Part shown: piece after piece, positions 60,001-64,000 of the stretch
How the letters are laid out: every line of letters begins with the position of its first letter
How positions within the stretch are numbered: the first letter of the stretch is position 1
From: a virus
Virus record (IMG/VR): IMGVR_UViG_3300034374_004935
Coordinates: 19,639 to 83,638 of that record
DNA length: 64,000 bases
Reading direction: 5' to 3' (one strand)
Notes under the pieces: model-generated
The model's input: only the letters and a program-made list of their open reading frames with translations
Databases searched by the model: none
Told to the model about the DNA's origin: nothing
Position numbers and translations under genes: made by a program

Positions 60001-61334
60001 ATATTATGAAATTTAGCTTGTCCTTCTACATCAATAGTCATAGGTTCTAGATGAAAACTATATGAAATATTAGGCCCTGTACCTCCTAAAATAGTTCCGT
60101 TGTCTTGATATTTATATTGATTAACTGCATTATGCCAAGTAGGTTCCCAATGTTCGTCTTTATTAAAATCTGCATTAAAAGCATTATCTAATCTATCTTG
60201 AGGAGTTCCTACTCCGTTTGGAGTTTGTAATGAAGAATTATATCTAGCAGTTAAAGCACTAAAAGTATCTGCTCCTTCTAAAAGACTTTGAGCATTTATA
60301 GTAGAAGATTTTATATTTGCTCCTACTAAATAATTATCTTTTTGAGTAACTGTTTTAAAAGTTTTAAATGCAAAATTCTTAGAAGTAAATGTAAATAGCT
60401 CTACATCAAAAATAGTTCCTTCTGTTCCTGTATAAAGAAGTTCTGTAGAATTAGTAGTAATATTAATTTCTTCGATAGAAGTAGCTATTGGAGTAGCTGT
60501 AGGACTTTCATAATAAAGTGCTAAGAATTCTATTTTTTCAAATTTTCCTACATAATTAGTAGTATCTACAGTAATGGTAATACTTTTACCTGAATTTATT
60601 TTTTCAGGTTCTCCTACATATTTTGGAATTGAATCAAACTCTGCAGCTCTTGTAATATGAATCATATTACTTGGAGGAGAAACTAAAGTTTCTTTTCCGT
60701 CAGATGTAATTAATCTGTATGCTATTTGGTACATTCCTGAATTTAATTCTCCTCCTCCTGCAACTGTTTGTAAAATAGGCTGAGTATATTGAATCTCAGG
60801 AAATATATCTACATTTTCTACAGGAAATGTAACTAAATCAGGATCTACAATATTTAACGTTCTAAAAAAGTTATTATAATCTGTCCAATAGATTCTTTGA
60901 GTAGATACGTTTTCATAGCGACCTAATGCTTCTATTGGCCATTCTTTTTTAAAATTTAAATTGTCATTATAATAAACAGTTTTAGGATACCCAGGAAGTA
61001 TTTCTCTAGAAGCTGGATCATATTTTACTTCATATATCCAACCTTTAGTTCCTGTATTATCTGCTACAAATAATACAATAGAATTTCTAATTGTACCGTA
61101 TCCAATTATTTCAGGACTGTCAGATGTCCACGGATGAAAAGGATCACTAACTGCAGACTCATCTCTAATTTGAAAGATTTCTTGATTGCCTTTCATATTA
61201 GTAAAAGCTCCTTGCGACTCTCCTTTATCTGTACTAATTCTTATATCTATTGCATCAATATACATGTTCTGCTTAATGCTATCATAAGCAGTGTCTTTAT
61301 CCATGCCTCCATAAGTATTAACGTGTCCTTCCAT
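57027..61334 (-). CDS. tail stabilization / muzzle protein (P22 gp10-like)
   Basis: 1435 aa; 'GGMDKD', 'RIYWTD', 'GYKRGETYRFGIIFY', 'FGGDIFI', 'KRRFDKW'. Confidence 0.85.
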   Translation of the reverse strand: MEGHVNTYGGMDKDTAYDSIKQNMYIDAIDIRISTDKGESQGAFTNMKGNQEIFQIRDESAVSDPFHPWTSDSPEIIGYGTIRNSIVLFVADNTGTKGWIYEVKYDPASREILPGYPKTVYYNDNLNFKKEWPIEALGRYENVSTQRIYWTDYNNFFRTLNIVDPDLVTFPVENVDIFPEIQYTQPILQTVAGGGELNSGMYQIAYRLITSDGKETLVSPPSNMIHITRAAEFDSIPKYVGEPEKINSGKSITITVDTTNYVGKFEKIEFLALYYESPTATPIATSIEEINITTNSTELLYTGTEGTIFDVELFTFTSKNFAFKTFKTVTQKDNYLVGANIKSSTINAQSLLEGADTFSALTARYNSSLQTPNGVGTPQDRLDNAFNADFNKDEHWEPTWHNAVNQYKYQDNGTILGGTGPNISYSFHLEPMTIDVEGQAKFHNIGGNIKYGYDNNHDLDDGYGIYPNPSFANNASPNISGLLRGYKRGETYRFGIIFYTKKGEATYVEFIGDIKFPDISEADGTPNFSGNYFPISTMPSEFPVGSFFGQIATGFNLGIKFTVDFSTCQSLLDKISGFQIVRVERKEVDKRRLCTGILSPLGYQETGNTTPNDFDFRVDGNENVVHHFNASPNITGPNLIQDSLTFFRDEQDPLANIISGPNVTIRAQHLSFYSPEISYKYSNISDIGTNLGNNPGLLITGHYSHAVLSGDYEDQRSSSSGPDALNLGNHATLYDLGVKFRRTLPVTFNSVENIRRLDNATYFDMRDSTNVSIGTKTASWSTANNGGSGATSPEMPATPSYMRNYYVNASTLNDPSGTGAGLARAGSNISALTKQYINNPLTGTAIINPATTDYFLVQGTTTHVPLQPAIQSLTNAGANFTINEAIPIADLIIPKSEVYGGSTQNALESNSFIIASPIIKTESVTTSYSPIVFGGDIFINMYSLQKAMVEFNAEFYDAGLASNTYEQPFTRTDLLVTESCVNASLHHGANTTTGVKFKIAIATSEVESEYYRQEDNNSFSNYGLLNPGETQYTMYNYNEVYSSINKKVLFFTLPENLIDTSLTNDVRAFLSDVKVNGEDIDSWTKFAINDFYDIDDHGPINKIVNFKDNVYFLQDQATGVYAINREAVTTTDDGVPTELGISQGWGKHQYFSKENGSIHQWAVAVTDRGIYFFDAIHRKIFQLGQAKTGMSNSPLSEVKGMHSYLQELGPAVFKRKEDGGDNPILSRGAHIGVDEINDEIIFTFLSSTLADLFDFKSIVFDELTGTFSTRLSITPKIWINNGNTLLTTTLDTGVSVWAHNIGNWGEFYGTQTGCELTLVINPKADINKVLRFLEFNSIVRDDDKVIDRTKTITGFKITTETQASDSIYETTPESLTRIKRRFDKWRIKLPRDVNSTSQKGRFRSTHFLLTLYFDNTYNKELIMNRLVSFYDPQIF

Positions 61335-61343
61335 GAATTAAAT

Positions 61344-62168
61344 TTAAGAAGTTGCTGGATTAGGTCCTTGTACAGATGCGCTAACTATAGATATATCAGT
61401 AGTAGTTCTCGCTCCTGACTTAGGTCTAAAGTTTCTTTGTTCAGGCAGTTGCATATTAGCAAAGAAGCTTGCATGCGCTTGTACGTCAGGAATAGTTCTA
61501 AGAGTTGCATTTTGCATGCTTTCTGCTTCGTCGACTCCGTTCCATTGTTTAGCATGGTTAACAGCTTGTGCAAAGTACCAATCTCTATCTCTTTCTATAA
61601 TCTGGTATACATCTGGACGAAGTTGTCCTTGCATCCATAATTTTCTAGCTATCTTATGTCCTATATAATGTGATCCTGCTTCTAACCATTGTTGTTCTGC
61701 AGGTATTACAGGATACCCATCTTCATCTGTAGGGATAGCGTTATAGCTCATTGCTAAGTATCCTTCATTAAAAGATGTAAAAATAAATCCACCTTCTACA
61801 GTGTAAGTTTGTTCAGACTCTGATGTATAGTCTCTGTCGTCTAGATGATATCTTTTGTGGAAATAATCAGTTGCCCATCGCATAGGAAACATGCGACCCT
61901 TACCGCATTCTGCTTCTTCTACACTATTTACTGAAGTTAAATAAGATACTTGACCTATTTTATGTAAATCAAAAGGCAATTCTGCCCTACCATCACATAC
62001 TTTAATATATGCAATATTATTTTCTAGAACCATAGGCACGTTAGTATGTGCCATAAATTCAGCTAGCCATTCTAAGCCTTCTTCTTCATGAATGTCATAA
62101 TTAAATCCAAAGTCTCTAATGACTTTATCTAAAATGGCTTTATATGATACAGTTTTACCAGCATACAT
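61344..62168 (-). CDS. tail tubular / ring protein
   Basis: 'GFIFTSFNEGYLAMSYNAIPTDEDGYPVIP', 'WYFAQA'; adjacent to the muzzle gene. Confidence 0.8.
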   Translation of the reverse strand: MYAGKTVSYKAILDKVIRDFGFNYDIHEEEGLEWLAEFMAHTNVPMVLENNIAYIKVCDGRAELPFDLHKIGQVSYLTSVNSVEEAECGKGRMFPMRWATDYFHKRYHLDDRDYTSESEQTYTVEGGFIFTSFNEGYLAMSYNAIPTDEDGYPVIPAEQQWLEAGSHYIGHKIARKLWMQGQLRPDVYQIIERDRDWYFAQAVNHAKQWNGVDEAESMQNATLRTIPDVQAHASFFANMQLPEQRNFRPKSGARTTTDISIVSASVQGPNPATS

Positions 62169-62453
62169 TTACATTAATTTTTTAAGCGCTGCCTCTAATC
62201 TATTTGCTATGCCCTCAGAAGAATTATCCTTTAAAGGATCTTCTGTGGTTACAGACTTTTTATCTTCATAAGTCCATTCTCCGTTTTCTTTTTTTCGAGT
62301 ACAAACAGTTTTAATGTATCCGCCTTCAACTTCTTCTACTCGTATTTCTTCGTAGCCTCCGTCTTCAAATTCTTTACGATTAATTCTAACTGTTTTTTCG
62401 ACTTCTTTAGAAGATCCATTTGATTCTTCTACTTCAATTTCTATATTATCCAT
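62169..62453 (-). CDS. hypothetical acidic protein
   Basis: 94-aa ORF in the operon. Confidence 0.7.
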   Translation of the reverse strand: MDNIEIEVEESNGSSKEVEKTVRINRKEFEDGGYEEIRVEEVEGGYIKTVCTRKKENGEWTYEDKKSVTTEDPLKDNSSEGIANRLEAALKKLM

Positions 62454-62970
62454 AATAAAAAACTTTACGATTTGGGTCCTTAACTACTTTAGCAATTAAT
62501 CTTGAATATTGCCTTGATGGTTTAAAGACATAAAAACTTTTATATTTTAAGTTATTAGTAAACTTATCCCAAAAATGCTCATAAAATTCTCCACTGCTGT
62601 GATCATTCTCGTGATAGATTACTGACTTATTTTTTAAATCTATTATTTCTTCTCTCGATAAATCAGGATGTTTAGTATGCCAATAGTTCCAGGTTGCTTC
62701 CCAGTTGACTCTTAAACTTTTACATCTTTTACCGTTCTTATCAAAGAAGTGTAATTTTTTACTTCTAATTCTAAGCTTGCCTACTTTGTTTATTTTTAAC
62801 TCTAATCCTAATTCAACAATAGCATTAGAAAACGCACTAAGTAATTCTTTTACGAAACTATTATATAAAGGTTTACTAATAAGCTCCTCTCTAGCATTAG
62901 CTTTGTAGTGTGTATAAAAATCTTTCTTTTTTACGTTACCTAGTTGCTTACCTTTACCTCTTTTCATCAT
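62446..62970 (-). CDS. IHF-like protein (crAss-like tail-region type)
   Basis: 'LELKINKVGKLRIRSKK', 'VNWEAT', 'IYHENDHS', 'FKPSR'. Confidence 0.75.
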   Translation of the reverse strand: MMKRGKGKQLGNVKKKDFYTHYKANAREELISKPLYNSFVKELLSAFSNAIVELGLELKINKVGKLRIRSKKLHFFDKNGKRCKSLRVNWEATWNYWHTKHPDLSREEIIDLKNKSVIYHENDHSSGEFYEHFWDKFTNNLKYKSFYVFKPSRQYSRLIAKVVKDPNRKVFYYG

Positions 62971-63692
62971 TGCTGTTGTTGTTGCGCGGGAGCTGCTTGC
63001 CTCATACCTTGAGATCTAGCATCTTGAGCGTCGTTCATATCGTCAAACGGAGCTGCTCCTTTTTGCATTAGTTGTTGTAAAATAATAGGTTTAATATATG
63101 TCCACATCCATTGGTTAATAGGATATGGGTCTGATGAAGACCAACAAGTATTACCGTCTACGCAATTGACATAGTTTAATAATGTAGTTGGGTCCTCAAA
63201 TACTCCTCTAAGAGTCATATACTTAATATTCTTTACTATAGGGTCTTTACTAATTACGTACATATGATCGTCATATAGAAAAGTATAGATTGCTTTTTGT
63301 GTAGTTCTGCCGTGTCCAATAAATGGTACTCTAGAATAATCTATAACTACAAATCGTGGTTTAGTTATATCTGCAGGACCTACAGTGGCTATTCCTTTTT
63401 TAAAATAAAGCTCAATAGTATTAGGGATAGTTTGTTTAGTTCTTAAAACTTTACATGCATCTGGCACAGTAATACAGCAATCTATAGGATTTACTAATTC
63501 TAATTCTAAACAAGGGAGAGTCTGAATGACAAAAGGATCTATGCTACGATTCTTATTATATTCATTACGTAGCCATAGAGCTCTTTGTTCATTTATTAAA
63601 TCTGTATAGAAATCATAGGAATAAGACGACTCTATAGAATTAATAGCCAAAGACTCATCAAGTTGAGCTTGAAGATCTTCTAATGTTAACAT
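62967..63692 (-). CDS. tail ring / structural protein
   Basis: 'QRALWLR', 'QTLPCLELELV', 'GVFEDP', 'YPI'. Confidence 0.7.
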   Translation of the reverse strand: MLTLEDLQAQLDESLAINSIESSYSYDFYTDLINEQRALWLRNEYNKNRSIDPFVIQTLPCLELELVNPIDCCITVPDACKVLRTKQTIPNTIELYFKKGIATVGPADITKPRFVVIDYSRVPFIGHGRTTQKAIYTFLYDDHMYVISKDPIVKNIKYMTLRGVFEDPTTLLNYVNCVDGNTCWSSSDPYPINQWMWTYIKPIILQQLMQKGAAPFDDMNDAQDARSQGMRQAAPAQQQQQ

Positions 63693-63696
63693 AAGA

Positions 63697-63704
63697 CAAA
63701 TATA
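63697..63704 (-). promoter_or_regulatory. TATATTTG -7 element 4 nt upstream of ATG (apparently leaderless)
   Basis: Minus strand reads TATATTTG-TCTT-ATG. Confidence 0.65.
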
Positions 63705-63728
63705 TCAATTTTATTTGATAATCTGACT

Positions 63729-64000
63729 TTAAAGTTCTTTAGCGTTCTCTATTTGTTGTATCATTTCGAAATGAATCTTAGCGACTCTATCTCTACCTGA
63801 CTCACTCATGAGTATCTCGTGGCATTCTCTGTAGTTAGTCATGAAGAAATTTTCTGAGAGTATAGCAGGCATTGTAGTGTGTACTAATACATAAAAGTTA
63901 GCTTCTTTATCAGGATCTCCGTCGCGTGTATCTTTACGCATTTTTCTTTCAGGAAACGCAGCTTCTGCTTTTTCGTAAAGCACTGTAGCTATTTTATCAG
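63729..64000 (-). CDS. N-acetylmuramoyl-L-alanine amidase (Amidase_3), 3' part; gene starts beyond the window
   Basis: 'ANFYVLVHTTMPAILSENFFMTN'; frame stays open to the window edge. Confidence 0.88.
   Translation of the reverse strand, partial: DKIATVLYEKAEAAFPERKMRKDTRDGDPDKEANFYVLVHTTMPAILSENFFMTNYRECHEILMSESGRDRVAKIHFEMIQQIENAKEL

Larger units (their letters stand above)
1..64000. mobile_element. crAss-like (Crassvirales) bacteriophage genome segment
   Basis: Giant virion RNAP with the DFDID motif flanked by giant cargo genes; muzzle/ring/IHF-like tail genes; replication and virion modules on opposite strands; no cellular housekeeping genes; AT-rich. Confidence 0.93.

Noticed and set aside
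1-64000. Stop-codon reassignment, as found in some crAss-like phages
   Set aside because: Genes, including the 3447-aa vRNAP, are intact in the standard code; TAA, TAG and TGA all end genes; no suppressor tRNA is seen
1-64000. Diversity-generating retroelement, integrase or transposase
   Set aside because: No reverse transcriptase, recombinase or transposase motifs, and no TR/VR pair, were seen

Overview
This window is part of a crAss-like (Crassvirales) phage genome read in the standard genetic code. The host is probably a Bacteroidota/Flavobacteriia species, judged from TAnnTTTG promoters, a T9SS-cargo-like gene and lipoproteins. There are three blocks. (1) 1-2370 (-): small DNA-binding genes (IHF/HU-like, winged-helix, RepL-like), ending at a divergent control region with two palindromic 17-bp direct repeats. 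(2) 2681-25321 (+): small early genes separated by many long stem-loops and two non-canonical tRNA-like elements, then a replication/recombination module (PolA, SF2 helicase, DnaB-like helicase, Sak4-like ATPase, putative SSB, primase, DUF2201/vWA + MoxR-like AAA, RusA-like, PD-(D/E)xK exonuclease, spore photoproduct lyase-like). (3) 25349-64000 (-): late virion genes (amidase, ring/tail proteins, muzzle, GH73+NlpC/P60 hydrolase, GG-motif cargo proteins, a 3447-aa virion RNA polymerase with DFDID, and its flanking giant cargo proteins). The most unusual observations are these. The three consecutive giant cargo proteins contain Cys only at their adjoining termini, suggesting a head-to-tail linked ejection chain. 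An unannotated ArfA-like peptide has its stop codon inside a tRNA-like element, suggesting non-stop-mRNA regulation through RNase P. A PcrA/UvrD-like Tudor domain sits on a cargo protein, the phage encodes a T9SS-cargo-like protein, and three promoters appear leaderless. All calls were made by eye from motifs; no searches were run.
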